Source of the DNA: Pedobacter sp.
Lineage (GTDB): Bacteria; Bacteroidota; Bacteroidia; Sphingobacteriales; Sphingobacteriaceae
Direction of reading: 5' to 3'
NCBI RefSeq assembly: GCF_031119335.1
Contig: NZ_JAVHXT010000011.1
Coordinates: forward strand, 102,658 to 166,657
Length of the DNA stretch: 64,000 nucleotides
The notes under the pieces were generated by a model. It had not been told where the DNA came from. It saw only the letters and a list, made by a program, of their open reading frames with translations, and made no database searches. A program made the translations under genes and the position numbers. This document shows, piece after piece, positions 1-10,172 of the stretch. Every line of letters begins with the position of its first letter. Within the stretch, counting starts at the first letter, position 1.

Positions 1-1
1 G

Positions 2-1237
2 CTAGAGTCGCTAAGAAACGTAGGTAACACGGTTTTGGTGGTAGAGCACGAAGAAGAAATGATGAAAGCAGCCGACCACTTGATAGATATCGGTCCTGAA
101 GCAGGTACACAGGGTGGAAATTTGGTGTTTAGCGGTACTTATAACCAAATCATCAAAGACAAAAAATCTTTAACAGGCCGATATTTGGCTGGCGAGGAAA
201 ATATCGAAATCCCGAAAAAGCGGAGAAACTGGAAAGACCACATTTTAATTAAAGGTGCTAGAGAAAATAACCTGAAGAATGTAAATGTGAAATTCCCTTT
301 GGGTATTTTTACCTGCGTAACAGGTGTTTCAGGTTCTGGAAAAACGAGTTTAATCAAACGCATTTTATATCCTGCTTTGCAGAAAGCCATTGGTAATTAC
401 GCTGGCGAGCAAACTGGTTCTTACGATGGTATTTTCGGTAATATCGACTTGGTGCAGCAAGTAGAGATGGTAGATCAAAATCCTATCGGAAGGTCTTCTC
501 GCTCTAATCCGGTAACCTATGTAAAAGCTTGGGACGATGTAAGAGCATTGTTTTCTGGTTTGCCAGCAGCAAAAGCGGCGGGTTTAAAACCAGCAGCCTT
601 TTCATTTAACGTAGAAGGTGGCCGTTGCGATGTTTGTCAGGGCGAAGGCGAAGTGAAAATTGAAATGCAATTTATGGCCGATATTTATTTGCCATGCGAA
701 GCCTGCGGGGGAAAACGCTTTAAACAACAGGTATTAGATGTAACCTATCAGGATAAAAACGTGTCTGATATTTTAGATATGACCATTGACCAAGCTGTGG
801 AGTTTTTTGTGAAGGAGCCTAAAATTATGGTAAAGCTGCAACCTCTGGTTGATGTTGGTTTGGGTTATGTTCACTTGGGGCAGTCGTCAAATACCTTATC
901 AGGTGGCGAGGCGCAGCGTATCAAATTAGCTTCGTTTTTAATTAAAGGTAATAATGCGCAAAAGGCAGTTTTCATTTTCGATGAACCAACTACAGGTTTG
1001 CATTTTCACGATATCAAAAAATTATTAAAAGCCTTAAATACTTTGATAGAGCAAGGCAGTACGGTAATTGTTATAGAACACAATATGGATATGATTAAGT
1101 GCGCAGATTGGGTAATCGATATCGGTCCAGAAGGAGGAGATAAAGGCGGAAATGTAGTTTTTGAAGGTAAACCAGAAGATTTGTTGAAGGTAGAAAACTC
1201 TTATACCGGCCAGTTTTTAAAAGCGCATTTGGCTTAA
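2..1237 (+). CDS. uvrA: Excinuclease ABC subunit A (UvrA), C-terminal part; 5' end lies outside the window
   Basis: The frame is open from the window edge (LESLRNVGNTVLVVEHEEEMM...). It has Walker A GVSGSGKTS, zinc finger CDVCQGEG..CEACGGKR, ABC signature LSGGEAQR and Walker B IFDEPTTGLH, which is the second UvrA ATPase module. Confidence 0.95.
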   Translation, partial: LESLRNVGNTVLVVEHEEEMMKAADHLIDIGPEAGTQGGNLVFSGTYNQIIKDKKSLTGRYLAGEENIEIPKKRRNWKDHILIKGARENNLKNVNVKFPLGIFTCVTGVSGSGKTSLIKRILYPALQKAIGNYAGEQTGSYDGIFGNIDLVQQVEMVDQNPIGRSSRSNPVTYVKAWDDVRALFSGLPAAKAAGLKPAAFSFNVEGGRCDVCQGEGEVKIEMQFMADIYLPCEACGGKRFKQQVLDVTYQDKNVSDILDMTIDQAVEFFVKEPKIMVKLQPLVDVGLGYVHLGQSSNTLSGGEAQRIKLASFLIKGNNAQKAVFIFDEPTTGLHFHDIKKLLKALNTLIEQGSTVIVIEHNMDMIKCADWVIDIGPEGGDKGGNVVFEGKPEDLLKVENSYTGQFLKAHLA

Positions 1238-1421
1238 GATTTGAAAACTTAGATTTGAGAACATAGATTTGAGATATGAGTATAGCGTATTGAGATTAGA
1301 ACTCTACATTCCAACTTTATAACATTTCAACTTTACAACCTATTAACATTACAACAACATCTCAACCTTCCACATCAAACCAAACAATGAAACAATTTAG
1401 CAATATATCAGTCATCTACCA

Positions 1422-2075
1422 ATGCTCATAGTTACGTTTCTAATTGGCGTTGCGCTTAACGCAATGGGTTATATCCCACCAGGAAATATTAATCTCACTT
1501 TGGCACAGCTTACCATTAACCGTGGAATGCGCCAAGCTTGGGGCTTTATCCTCGCTTTTTCTATTGTAGAGGTGTTTTTTACGTTTGGCATGATGCGTTT
1601 TGCCCGTTGGGTATCTAGCGATGTTGATATTGATGCTATCAAAGTAGGAAACTTCCAATTGAGCTTTTTAGTTGATGTTTTCATGATTGTGCTATTGTTG
1701 GTGATGGGTACTTTGGCATGGTCTAATAAGGATAAAGTAAATCAACCTAAAACCACCGATAGCAGAAAAGGAAGCGTATTGTATGGCGTAATTTTAGGAG
1801 TTTTAAATCCCGTTCAAATTCCATTTTGGCTTTTTTTTGGAAATTATGTGATACTACACGAGTGGATCACAACTAGCTATCCATCCTTAATTATATTTAG
1901 TTTAGGTTCTGGCGTTGGTTCTACCTTAGCACTTTATGGCTATGCTTATTTTGCGAAGTTCATTCAAGAGAAGTTTACGTTAAGCAGTAGGTTAATTAAT
2001 AAGTGCATCGCTATTTTTCTGTATTGTTTGGCCTTGTATCTGGTAATTAAACAAGTGGTAGTTCATTTCGGGTAA
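1422..2075 (+). CDS. LysE/RhtB-type small-molecule exporter-like membrane protein
   Basis: 217 aa with about 6 TM segments. The N-terminal PPGNINL motif and overall layout resemble LysE-family translocators. Confidence 0.55.
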   Translation: MLIVTFLIGVALNAMGYIPPGNINLTLAQLTINRGMRQAWGFILAFSIVEVFFTFGMMRFARWVSSDVDIDAIKVGNFQLSFLVDVFMIVLLLVMGTLAWSNKDKVNQPKTTDSRKGSVLYGVILGVLNPVQIPFWLFFGNYVILHEWITTSYPSLIIFSLGSGVGSTLALYGYAYFAKFIQEKFTLSSRLINKCIAIFLYCLALYLVIKQVVVHFG

Positions 2076-2108
2076 TATTTTTGTTTGAAAAGATGCTGTA
2101 CTTTTCAA

Positions 2109-2190
2109 TCGGAAATTTCAGCCCTGCTGTTCGCTGCTATTCCCGATGAAAAATCGGGATATATCCACTTCCATCAGGTTTAATTAACAA
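2109..2190. repeat. Family F repeat; coordinates approximate
   Basis: CCCTGCTGTTCGCTGCTATTCCCGATGAAAAATCGGGATATATCCACTTCCATCAGGTTTAATTAAC. Confidence 0.7.
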
Positions 2191-2354
2191 AGCCTGTTTG
2201 CTAATCCTTTGCGGTTTTTGCGATATTCTTCCTTTTCTTTGCGGTTTTATCTTAACCGCAAAGCTGCGCAAAGTATTCGCAAAGAAACGCTAAGACAAAC
2301 TATTGCTTATTTTAACCCTTATTACGCATTAGAAAAGTAAAGTTCGTTTTTGGA

Positions 2355-2401
2355 GACTTACGAAGTTTTATAGCCCATGTATTATTCAAACTTCGTAAGT
2401 C
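2355..2401. repeat. Family C hairpin repeat with an enlarged loop
   Basis: GACTTACGAAGTTT ... AAACTTCGTAAGTC. Confidence 0.8.
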
Positions 2402-2425
2402 TTTGTTATATAGTGTAATCTAGGT

Positions 2426-2866
2426 TTAAACCTTCTCCAACTTAAACAACTGTGTTCCGAAAATAAATAGTGAGATAATTTTAACACCTTCAGCAATAAC
2501 GTAATAAAAATGTAGGTTAGAATACGGAACAGGTTTGTCTTGACTATACAACTCAGCTCTAGCATCTAAAGCGGGTAGCAGCCAAACGGTTTGTAAAATC
2601 AATACTAAAACCACCAAAATATAGAAAGGACTAATACTGATCTTTTTTACTACTCTGATATTGCTAATCAAAATTGCCACCGCAAATACCCATTCCACTT
2701 TGTTTAGTGCTGCAAAGACTAATCGGCCTATTCCCAAACCAATAGGTAGTGTAACACCAGGTGCCCTAAACTTTAGCCAAGCTTCTAGGGAGCTAATAGC
2801 ACATACAAAGCCTATCCAAGTAAAGGTGCAAATAAGTGCAATTGGCTGTTCTACTTTAGATTTCAT
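2426..2866 (-). CDS. Small 4-TM membrane protein (DUF4149-like), function unknown
   Basis: 146-aa ORF with four hydrophobic helices, lying just downstream of the truncated-globin gene on the same strand. Family assignment is tentative. Confidence 0.5.
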   Translation of the reverse strand: MKSKVEQPIALICTFTWIGFVCAISSLEAWLKFRAPGVTLPIGLGIGRLVFAALNKVEWVFAVAILISNIRVVKKISISPFYILVVLVLILQTVWLLPALDARAELYSQDKPVPYSNLHFYYVIAEGVKIISLFIFGTQLFKLEKV

Positions 2867-2923
2867 TTTTTTATAGTAACAAGTATTTAGTATCGAGTAT
2901 CAAGACTTGGTTACTGTAAACTA

Positions 2924-3337
2924 CTAAAGCAGCGGTTTCGCGTCGTTGTTACGGTAGTAATCTATTTTGTACATGAACATTTCTGCCATTTTGTATCCTC
3001 TCCATTTAGCTTCGCTGGCTTTTTCTCCGGTAAAAAACTCATCTAAAGTGCTATTCCAAATTTGTAGCCAAGTATCAAAATGTAGTGCTTCTACAGGTAA
3101 TTTTGCATGTGGTGGAAAAGGACTTCCAGTATAAGTATGAACTTCTAAAAGCACAGTTTGCCAGAAGCGGTACATCTTTTCTAAGTGTTCTGCCCATCTA
3201 TCGCCAATTCTCTCGTTAAAAATGGGCCCCAATAATTCGTTTTCCCTAACCCGCGAATAGAAAGTGTTTACCAATAACTGAATATCTTCTAAATTGCTAA
3301 TATCTGCCAATGCCATTTTTAATACTTTAATATTCAA
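2924..3337 (-). CDS. Group III truncated hemoglobin-like protein
   Basis: 137 aa with LVNTFYSRV..LLGPIF...W..HLEKMYRFWQTVLL...Y.G.PF..H..LP....HFD.WL..W, the typical pattern of truncated (2/2) globins. Confidence 0.75.
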   Translation of the reverse strand: MNIKVLKMALADISNLEDIQLLVNTFYSRVRENELLGPIFNERIGDRWAEHLEKMYRFWQTVLLEVHTYTGSPFPPHAKLPVEALHFDTWLQIWNSTLDEFFTGEKASEAKWRGYKMAEMFMYKIDYYRNNDAKPLL

Positions 3338-3409
3338 AGATACGGCTTATTGCGCTTTTGTTTTTATGACGGAGGTCATGTTATTTGTTAATGAAGGTCA
3401 AGTGAATGA

Positions 3410-3504
3410 CCAATATCCAAGCACCAATAATCAAATGGGCGGCAATATTATCGCTTCTACAAAATCTTTTTAAATCTGCGGAAACATCAGCGTTAATCTG
3501 CGGG
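3410..3504. repeat. Family E ~95-bp element
   Basis: CCAATATCCAAGCACCAATAATC...AATATTATCGC...TAAATCTGCGGAAACATCAGCG..ATCTGCGGG. It aligns along its whole length with the reverse complement of 12931-13022. Confidence 0.8.
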
Positions 3505-3597
3505 AAACGAATTTAACTAAAAGCCAAGCGCCAATAATCAAAATCGCTATACAAGCAGTTCGGTAAACATTCGGACTTCACAACCATCAACCATTGT

Positions 3598-4638
3598 TTA
3601 CTTTTTCATAAACTCCAAGCTCCATATTTTTTCCGCTTTGCGACCAATAAGTACAAACGAAATTCCTAAAATAGTGAAGAATATCGCTTTGTGCCAGCTA
3701 TCCCAGAAGTATTCGAAATAGCGGGTGTAAAGGTTGATGAATAGGAAAATAATTCCAAATTCTCTCAGCATGGCATCATTACATTTTAAGCCAATAATAA
3801 TTGCCAAAACACATACTGTGGATGAGATAATAGCCCAATAAAATAAAGTGATTTGCTTCACTAAATACCAATCTTCTAAAGTGCCGTAATTGCCAAAAAT
3901 AGATAATAGAAGTAGTGAAGAGAAAAGATATAGCAGTCCGGCAAAATAGGTAATGTCGAAGAAATAGGCTAGTTGCTTGCCTCTTTTTAAAAGTAAAGAT
4001 GATGCTGTAAGTAATAAGCCGAAGAAAACGAAACGTAGCGGATAATTCAAGCCCAAAAAATACCAGTTCCATTTAGATAGGTAGCCAGTTTCGGTGCCAA
4101 ACCAAGCGCCTAAAGCTAATAAAGCAAATGCCCAAATCAGTCGTGATTTAAAGAAGTAGGCCAATGCCAAATAAATGATCACCGAGAATAAAATCAATAA
4201 GGAGAAATGGTTACTGCCGTTATCTATTGCTTTGCCCAAATAAGCAACTGCATTGGCGGTCAGCATCACTCCAGAAAAGATAATAGCTTCGTTGCTAAAT
4301 ACATTTTGAGGTTTTTTCTTTTTCCTTCTAACACCTAAGATGTAACAGCCTGTTGCTGCCAATGCAGAAACTATACTAATTACGATATTTGGTGTATTAT
4401 AGAGGTTCTTAAGGTAGTCAAGCAGCGATTTATCAACCAATAATGCACTTAAGGCAATTACACCACAAGCCATCGCAATCCAGAAGGAGTATTGTGCCAA
4501 ACGTCGCCAATCGAAAGCTTTAGGTTCGTAGCTGTTTTTTAGCTTTCGAGCCTCTGCTTCTGTTAACAGCTTCTCCGACTGCCAATAATCAAGCATTTCA
4601 TCTAAAAAATCGCTGTTATCTTGGTCTATTTTTTTCAT
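3598..4638 (-). CDS. DUF2157-like polytopic membrane protein
   Basis: 346 aa. A soluble N-terminal helix (LLTEAEARKLKNSY) is followed by about 10 TM helices. Confidence 0.6.
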   Translation of the reverse strand: MKKIDQDNSDFLDEMLDYWQSEKLLTEAEARKLKNSYEPKAFDWRRLAQYSFWIAMACGVIALSALLVDKSLLDYLKNLYNTPNIVISIVSALAATGCYILGVRRKKKKPQNVFSNEAIIFSGVMLTANAVAYLGKAIDNGSNHFSLLILFSVIIYLALAYFFKSRLIWAFALLALGAWFGTETGYLSKWNWYFLGLNYPLRFVFFGLLLTASSLLLKRGKQLAYFFDITYFAGLLYLFSSLLLLSIFGNYGTLEDWYLVKQITLFYWAIISSTVCVLAIIIGLKCNDAMLREFGIIFLFINLYTRYFEYFWDSWHKAIFFTILGISFVLIGRKAEKIWSLEFMKK

Positions 4639-4648
4639 ATATGAGCTT

Positions 4649-4711
4649 TCGTCATTGCGAGGTACGAAGCAATCTTAAAGCGATATTAGATTTTCTGCCT
4701 CGCAATAACAA
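4649..4711. repeat. Family A repeat with a degenerate right arm
   Basis: Intact left arm TCGTCATTGCGAGGTACGAAGCAATCTT; decayed right arm CTGCCTCGCAATAACA. Confidence 0.75.
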
Positions 4712-4746
4712 ATTATCTTCTATAAGTTAAATATAGGTTTCTCCAT

Positions 4747-6972
4747 CTATTTCAGCAACTCTGGAATACGCTTATTATTGCCCACAATCCACACAATATC
4801 TTCATTCTCAAAAACTAAATTAGAATCAGGGTTTAAGATACGCTGACCATCTCTCTCAATGCCAACAACCAAACCTTGCGTTTTTTCCCTAATGCCGCTA
4901 TCTCTAATGGTTTGCCCAAAAACTGGCGATTTGCTATTGATCACAATCTTCTGTAACGACATATCCTGTTTAGGGAATGTGGTTTCTTCATCAATTTCTG
5001 CGTGATCTCCCTCGAAAAGATGTTTTACACTTGCCAGTTGATCGTCTGTTCCAATTACCAATACCTTATCGTTCGGATATAATCGTTCATCCCTTTTGGG
5101 TGTTGGGATCATGATTTTACCACGTTCAATCATAGCGATGTTAATTCCGTATTTTTCCCTTACTGCTAAATCTACCAATGTTTTACCTACCAATTTAGAT
5201 TCTGGAGCTACAGTAAGTTCTAGCAAGTGGGTATCCCAAGGTAAAATTTCTGGCTGCTTTTTAGCGGTTTCCCTTGCATTTAGGTTGTAGAAAAATCTGT
5301 TTTCCATGCGTTCGTAAAAACTTTGCAGCTTGCGAGAAAACACTACCATTACTGCAACGATTAAACCAAGTGCAATGCTCGCAGCAACCCAAGTATCAAA
5401 GAACTCGTACATTAAAAAACCTACGAAGAAGATGCCCAATGCAATCCTAAAAACTTCGATAGCAATTAGAGGACCGCGAGTATATTTCTTATTTAGCCAA
5501 AGGTGAGAGTAAGCAACTTTCTGTATCCTTTTAACAGATAGTGCCCATAAAAATGGCGACATGATTATAAAAGACACAATTACGCTAATAATTACTCCAT
5601 TACTGCCGTTGGTAATGTTTTTAACTACAAACGGATGTAGATATCTAGACGCTAGCACTACAATTGCAATGATAATTACCGAGTGAATAATAGTGTTAAA
5701 AATGTAAGCTCTTAACAACACTTTCCAATCGCTCAACGTAGTAATTCCTTCGGTACTGCTGCTATATCTACTGATAGCGTCTAACCATTTTTGAGGTAAG
5801 ATCTTCGCTAAAAAACCGTAAAAATTTTCTGAATATTTAATGAGATATGGCGTAGTAAAAGTTGTAATGGCCGATACCGCTACGGTAATTGGATAAAGAA
5901 ACTCGCTGGTAACTTTTAAGCTTAAGCCCAAGGTGGCTATGATGAAGGAGAACTCACCAATTTGTGTTAAACTTAGTCCCGTTTGTACCGAAGTTTTTAG
6001 CGGTTGGCCCGAAAGCAATGCACCACCACCAGTTGTAATTAATTTGCCTACAATGGTGATACCAGTGATGATCAAAATTGGTTTCCAATAAGCGATCAAG
6101 ATACTTGGGTCAATTAACATCCCTACAGAAACGAAGAAAATTGCTCCAAATAGGTCTTTTACGGATTTAGTGAGGTGCTCAATTTTCTCTGCTTGGGTAG
6201 TTTCTGCCAGAATAGATCCCATGATAAATGCACCTAGTGCAGGAGAGAAGCCTACCTTCACTGCTAAAATTACCATCACTAAACACAATGCTAATGATAC
6301 GACTAAAAGCATCTCGTCGTTCATTAATTTCTTGGTGAGCTTTAAGAAAGTTGGGATAATGAAAATTCCGCCTAAAAACCACAGGATTAGGAAAAAACTT
6401 AGTTTAAGAATGGAAATTAACATATCTGCTCCGGCAAACTGTTGACTAACCGCAACCGTAGTTAATAACACCATAATCAAGATGGCTGCTAAATCTTCTA
6501 CAATAAGTGCCCCAAACACTAAATTTGCAAACTTCTTATGTTTTACCCCAAGTTCATCGAATGCCCTGATAATGATCGTAGTCGATGAAACGGAGAGTAC
6601 AGCACCTAAAAAGATGCTATCCATGGTTTTCCATCCCATTAGCTTACCAGCAAAATAGCCAATTAAACACATTCCGATAATTTCTACCAATGCAGTGATA
6701 GAGGAGGAACCACCAACTTTAACAAGTTTCTTAAAACTAAATTCTAGCCCTAAGCTGAAAAGCAGGAAAATTACCCCGATTTCTGCCCAAATGGTGATAT
6801 TGGCGTTGTCGGAAACGGTAGGTATAAATTTAAAATGTGGACCAACCAAAAGTCCGGCGATGATGTAGCCTAAAACTAGCGGTTGCTTAATTTTTTTAAA
6901 TATAATAGTGGTAATACCCCCCGCGGCAAGTATCAGTCCTAAATCTGCAATAAGTACAGGTAAGTGTGTCAT
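4747..6972 (-). CDS. Monovalent cation:proton antiporter (CPA2/Kef-type) with two C-terminal TrkA-C (RCK_C) domains
   Basis: 741 aa. The N-terminal Na+/H+ exchanger-like TM domain (GYIIAGLLVGP, GLEFS) is followed by two repeats of an LVGKTL..L..R...G..I..IER-type RCK_C fold. Confidence 0.85.
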   Translation of the reverse strand: MTHLPVLIADLGLILAAGGITTIIFKKIKQPLVLGYIIAGLLVGPHFKFIPTVSDNANITIWAEIGVIFLLFSLGLEFSFKKLVKVGGSSSITALVEIIGMCLIGYFAGKLMGWKTMDSIFLGAVLSVSSTTIIIRAFDELGVKHKKFANLVFGALIVEDLAAILIMVLLTTVAVSQQFAGADMLISILKLSFFLILWFLGGIFIIPTFLKLTKKLMNDEMLLVVSLALCLVMVILAVKVGFSPALGAFIMGSILAETTQAEKIEHLTKSVKDLFGAIFFVSVGMLIDPSILIAYWKPILIITGITIVGKLITTGGGALLSGQPLKTSVQTGLSLTQIGEFSFIIATLGLSLKVTSEFLYPITVAVSAITTFTTPYLIKYSENFYGFLAKILPQKWLDAISRYSSSTEGITTLSDWKVLLRAYIFNTIIHSVIIIAIVVLASRYLHPFVVKNITNGSNGVIISVIVSFIIMSPFLWALSVKRIQKVAYSHLWLNKKYTRGPLIAIEVFRIALGIFFVGFLMYEFFDTWVAASIALGLIVAVMVVFSRKLQSFYERMENRFFYNLNARETAKKQPEILPWDTHLLELTVAPESKLVGKTLVDLAVREKYGINIAMIERGKIMIPTPKRDERLYPNDKVLVIGTDDQLASVKHLFEGDHAEIDEETTFPKQDMSLQKIVINSKSPVFGQTIRDSGIREKTQGLVVGIERDGQRILNPDSNLVFENEDIVWIVGNNKRIPELLK

Positions 6973-7032
6973 TTAGCTAAAAAAAATGTTATTGGGTTGT
7001 TTAAATTTTGATAATCAGAAATGAAAACAGTG

Positions 7033-7374
7033 TCACCAAAAGGCGTGCTTGGAGTATAAATAGCTGAAAATATATTGATAACTAGATTTTTCAAAGATAG
7101 ACCATCCTATGGTTTGGCTAACCGCTGTTGGAGCAGCCTTAGTTTTAATACTGAATGGTAGATCTGGCAAAATACTTTTAGAAAAAAGCATTCTAACTTT
7201 TATGAAATTAAGTTTGATTTTGCTGTAGATTGAAGCTTTTTTGCTTTTACTACTATAAATGTTGCCACAGATACTAGTTCGCAAATCTTTTTTTACATAC
7301 ACAGGCGTTTCGCTAGCAGATAACGAAGAATAACATAACGTTAACCAAACACAAAACAGCAGCATATACCTCAT
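7033..7374 (-). CDS. Hypothetical small secreted protein (weak call)
   Basis: ORF with a signal-peptide-like start (MRYMLLFCVWLTLCYSSLSA) and no recognisable family. The composition is compatible with coding but unproven. Confidence 0.3.
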   Translation of the reverse strand: MRYMLLFCVWLTLCYSSLSASETPVYVKKDLRTSICGNIYSSKSKKASIYSKIKLNFIKVRMLFSKSILPDLPFSIKTKAAPTAVSQTIGWSIFEKSSYQYIFSYLYSKHAFW

Positions 7375-7460
7375 AGCCCACAAATTACAAAAAAATGTTG
7401 GTTTTTTGAAGCGCTGGAATAAACTAAGCGGCTTTTGACAACGAAAAAGACAATAAAATG

Positions 7461-8405
7461 TTATTTTCCTTCAAAAAAAGATAATGTATCTTCTTTGTCT
7501 TTTTGGAGCTGCAGTTTTAAAGTGTCTAATCCGGTAAACTTTACGTCGTGCCTTAAAAAAGCTAAAAAATTCATTTTAATGTTCTGTCCATAAATTTCTC
7601 GGTCAAAATCAAAAATATTCACTTCGATGTTTCTGGTCATACCGTTAATTGTTGGCCGCTGACCAATATACGCCATGCCTCTGTAGGTTTCTGGATTTTG
7701 CTCTTCGCCCATTTCAACGGTCACAGCGTAAATCCCATCGCCAGGTATAAGCTTGTAGGTTTCGGCAACAAAGATGTTTGCAGTGGGAAAACCAATTGTT
7801 CTTCCAATTTTATCACCTTTAATTACTGGCCCGTAAATAGAGAATGCGTAGCCTAAGTACTCGTTTGCCAGCGCTACATCGCCGTCTAGCAGCGCTTTTC
7901 TAATTTTGGTAGAACTTACGGCAACATCATTGATATCTTGTTCTGGTATCTCTTCTACGTCATATCCGTAAACCGAAGAGTTTTCTACTAAAGTTTGGAT
8001 ACTGCCTAATCTATCTTTCCCAAAACGGTGATCGTAACCAATGATAATCTTCTTAGTTCCAATGGTATCTATCAAAATGTTTTTGATATAATCGCTAGCA
8101 CTTAAGTTCGAGAAATCTCTGGTAAAAGGGGTGATAATTAAGTGGTCTACGCCTAAGCTAGCTAATATTTTCGCTTTTTCATCAATTGTATTAATCATCT
8201 TCAACTCCTGATTTTCAGGATCGATAATCATCCTCGGGTGCGGAAAAAAGGTAAGTAAGACACTTTCTCCACCTGATGACTTTGCTAATTCGCACAACCT
8301 TTTGATAATTTTTTGATGTCCAAAATGTACACCATCAAACGTACCAATGGTGACTACAGCATTAGCTAATTTCTTAAACTCCGAAAGTTGAGTATATATT
8401 TTCAA
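7461..8405 (-). CDS. ribF: Bifunctional riboflavin kinase / FMN adenylyltransferase
   Basis: 314 aa. N-terminal GTFDGVHFGHQ nucleotidyltransferase motif and C-terminal GFPTAN...riboflavin kinase motif. Confidence 0.95.
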   Translation of the reverse strand: MKIYTQLSEFKKLANAVVTIGTFDGVHFGHQKIIKRLCELAKSSGGESVLLTFFPHPRMIIDPENQELKMINTIDEKAKILASLGVDHLIITPFTRDFSNLSASDYIKNILIDTIGTKKIIIGYDHRFGKDRLGSIQTLVENSSVYGYDVEEIPEQDINDVAVSSTKIRKALLDGDVALANEYLGYAFSIYGPVIKGDKIGRTIGFPTANIFVAETYKLIPGDGIYAVTVEMGEEQNPETYRGMAYIGQRPTINGMTRNIEVNIFDFDREIYGQNIKMNFLAFLRHDVKFTGLDTLKLQLQKDKEDTLSFFEGK

Positions 8406-8424
8406 AACAATTAATCTTATTATT

Positions 8425-8542
8425 TACCACATAGGAACATAGTATTTCTAATTTTGCTATTAGATTAAACTTTTTTACGTCCCTCCTTCATATCAATTTG
8501 CTATTTCTTTACCACTAAAATCTTCTATGTGTCTATGTGGTT
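8425..8542. repeat. Family D-type MITE-like element (inverted ends separated by ~80 nt)
   Basis: TACCACATAGGAACATAG ... CTATGTGTCTATGTGGTT, between ribF and the YitT gene. Confidence 0.7.
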
Positions 8543-8550
8543 TCATTTTA

Positions 8551-9414
8551 TTAATGGAAAGCCTGGCGTTTAACCACTCCGCCTTTTAAATCTGCAATTT
8601 GTTGTTGTACTACAAACGCATTTGGATCAATTTCGTTTATTTTATCTTGCAGTTTACCCAATTCGAGCTTAGTTACTACGGTATAAATAATGTCGATGTC
8701 TTTCTTCTCCAAATACCCACCTTCGCCTTTGTAGATGGTTACACCACGTTTCATATCATTAATGATGTAAGCTTTTATGCTCTCATTTTCTTCAGAAATA
8801 ATGGTAACACCTGTGTAAGCTTCCAGTCGGTTTACAATAAAATCGATGGTGTTGGTAGCCGATAAGTAAGTGAGGATGGCATATAATGCAGTATCGATAT
8901 TAATGAAATAGGCAGCAAAAAGGAAAATTACGATGTTGAGGATGAAAATGATATTTCCAACCGTTAACTGACTGTTTCTGCTGATGTAAAGTGCTAGAAC
9001 TTCGGTACCATCAATTACGCAGCCGCCACGCATTGCCAAGCCAATTCCTCCACCTAAAAAGAAACCGCCAAAGAAGGCTACCAAAACTTTTTCATGCGTA
9101 ATGGGTTGAAAAGGAATAAAAATCAATGCTAAAGAAAGTGCCGCAATGGCGATAGAAGTTTTAAGCGCAAAGGTTTTTCCAATTTGCTTATATCCTAAAA
9201 TAATAAAAGGAATATTAATGATAACGATAAGGTAGGAAAGATTCCATTTGGTTAATGTGCTCACTAATAATGAAATACCCGTTACACCACCATCGATAAA
9301 ATCTTCGGGCATTAGAAAGCTTTTTAATCCAAAACAAGCAGAGATTACACCTAGGCACATGAATAGAATTTCTCTAGCCATGCGTTTGCTATCGGTTTTA
9401 TTGAGCTTTTTCAT
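8551..9414 (-). CDS. YitT-family membrane protein with C-terminal DUF2179 domain
   Basis: The TM core has the GGVTGISLL and GGTEV motifs, followed by a soluble C-terminal domain (TIYKGEGGY). The start is placed at MKKLNK (9414); the track's upstream start would overlap truB more deeply. Confidence 0.8.
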   Translation of the reverse strand: MKKLNKTDSKRMAREILFMCLGVISACFGLKSFLMPEDFIDGGVTGISLLVSTLTKWNLSYLIVIINIPFIILGYKQIGKTFALKTSIAIAALSLALIFIPFQPITHEKVLVAFFGGFFLGGGIGLAMRGGCVIDGTEVLALYISRNSQLTVGNIIFILNIVIFLFAAYFINIDTALYAILTYLSATNTIDFIVNRLEAYTGVTIISEENESIKAYIINDMKRGVTIYKGEGGYLEKKDIDIIYTVVTKLELGKLQDKINEIDPNAFVVQQQIADLKGGVVKRQAFH

Positions 9415-10141
9415 TAGTTTCAATAGTTGATTTTGCTTCTTCTCTTTTATCACGAAGATAAGCAATCAAATCTGGGAGCTCATAAGCTTTGCTTAATAAA
9501 AAATTACCACTACGGGTACGTGTCAATTTAGATAGATAAGCTCCGTTGTTCAGTGCTTTTCCAAAATCAGAAACTAGTGAACGAATGTAAGTACCTTTGC
9601 TGCAAACCACCCTGAAATCTACCTCTGGTAAAGCAATTCGAGTAATTTCGAACTCATTAATGGTTACGAAGCGTTTTTTTAATTCCACTTCTTCGCCCAA
9701 ACGAGCTTTTACGTACAAGCGTTCGCCGTTCACTTTTACTGCAGAATGTGCTGGCGGATATTGGGAAATATCACCTTTAAACTGCTCAGTAGCTGCGTAA
9801 ATTTGTTCTTCGGTAATGTTGGAAATATCAAAAGTAGCATCTACTTCGGTTTCCATATCGTAAGATGGTGTAGTAGCACCCAACACCAAAGTTCCTGTAT
9901 ATTCTTTTTCTTCCGCTTGGAAGGTATCGATTTGCTTGGTTAGCTTTCCAGTGCAAATGATAAGGAGGCCAGTAGCCAAAGGGTCTAAAGTGCCTGCGTG
10001 ACCAACCTTTAACTTCTGTGGCTTTAACGAATTGCGGATTTTTCCAACAACGTCAAACGAAGTCCATTGGTAAGGTTTATTGATGAGCAGGAGTTCGCCG
10101 GCGGCAAAATCGAAATCTGGAAATGTGGTGTTTTCTTGCAA
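9398..10141 (-). CDS. truB: tRNA pseudouridine(55) synthase
   Basis: LLINKP..WTSFDVV and HAGTLDPLATGLL (catalytic Asp motif); 247 aa. Confidence 0.95.
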   Translation of the reverse strand: MQENTTFPDFDFAAGELLLINKPYQWTSFDVVGKIRNSLKPQKLKVGHAGTLDPLATGLLIICTGKLTKQIDTFQAEEKEYTGTLVLGATTPSYDMETEVDATFDISNITEEQIYAATEQFKGDISQYPPAHSAVKVNGERLYVKARLGEEVELKKRFVTINEFEITRIALPEVDFRVVCSKGTYIRSLVSDFGKALNNGAYLSKLTRTRSGNFLLSKAYELPDLIAYLRDKREEAKSTIETNEKAQ

Positions 10142-10172
10142 CTGAATTTAATTAGGCCGCAAATTTACGAAT

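Noticed and set aside
1238-1421. The AGATTTGAG and CAACTTTA(C/T)AAC-rich low-complexity spacer after uvrA as a regulatory array or small RNA
   Set aside because: It contains only short degenerate direct repeats. The motif GCGTATTGAGAT recurs at 63190-63203, so it is probably another decayed dispersed repeat. There is no stable structure or ORF to support a specific call.
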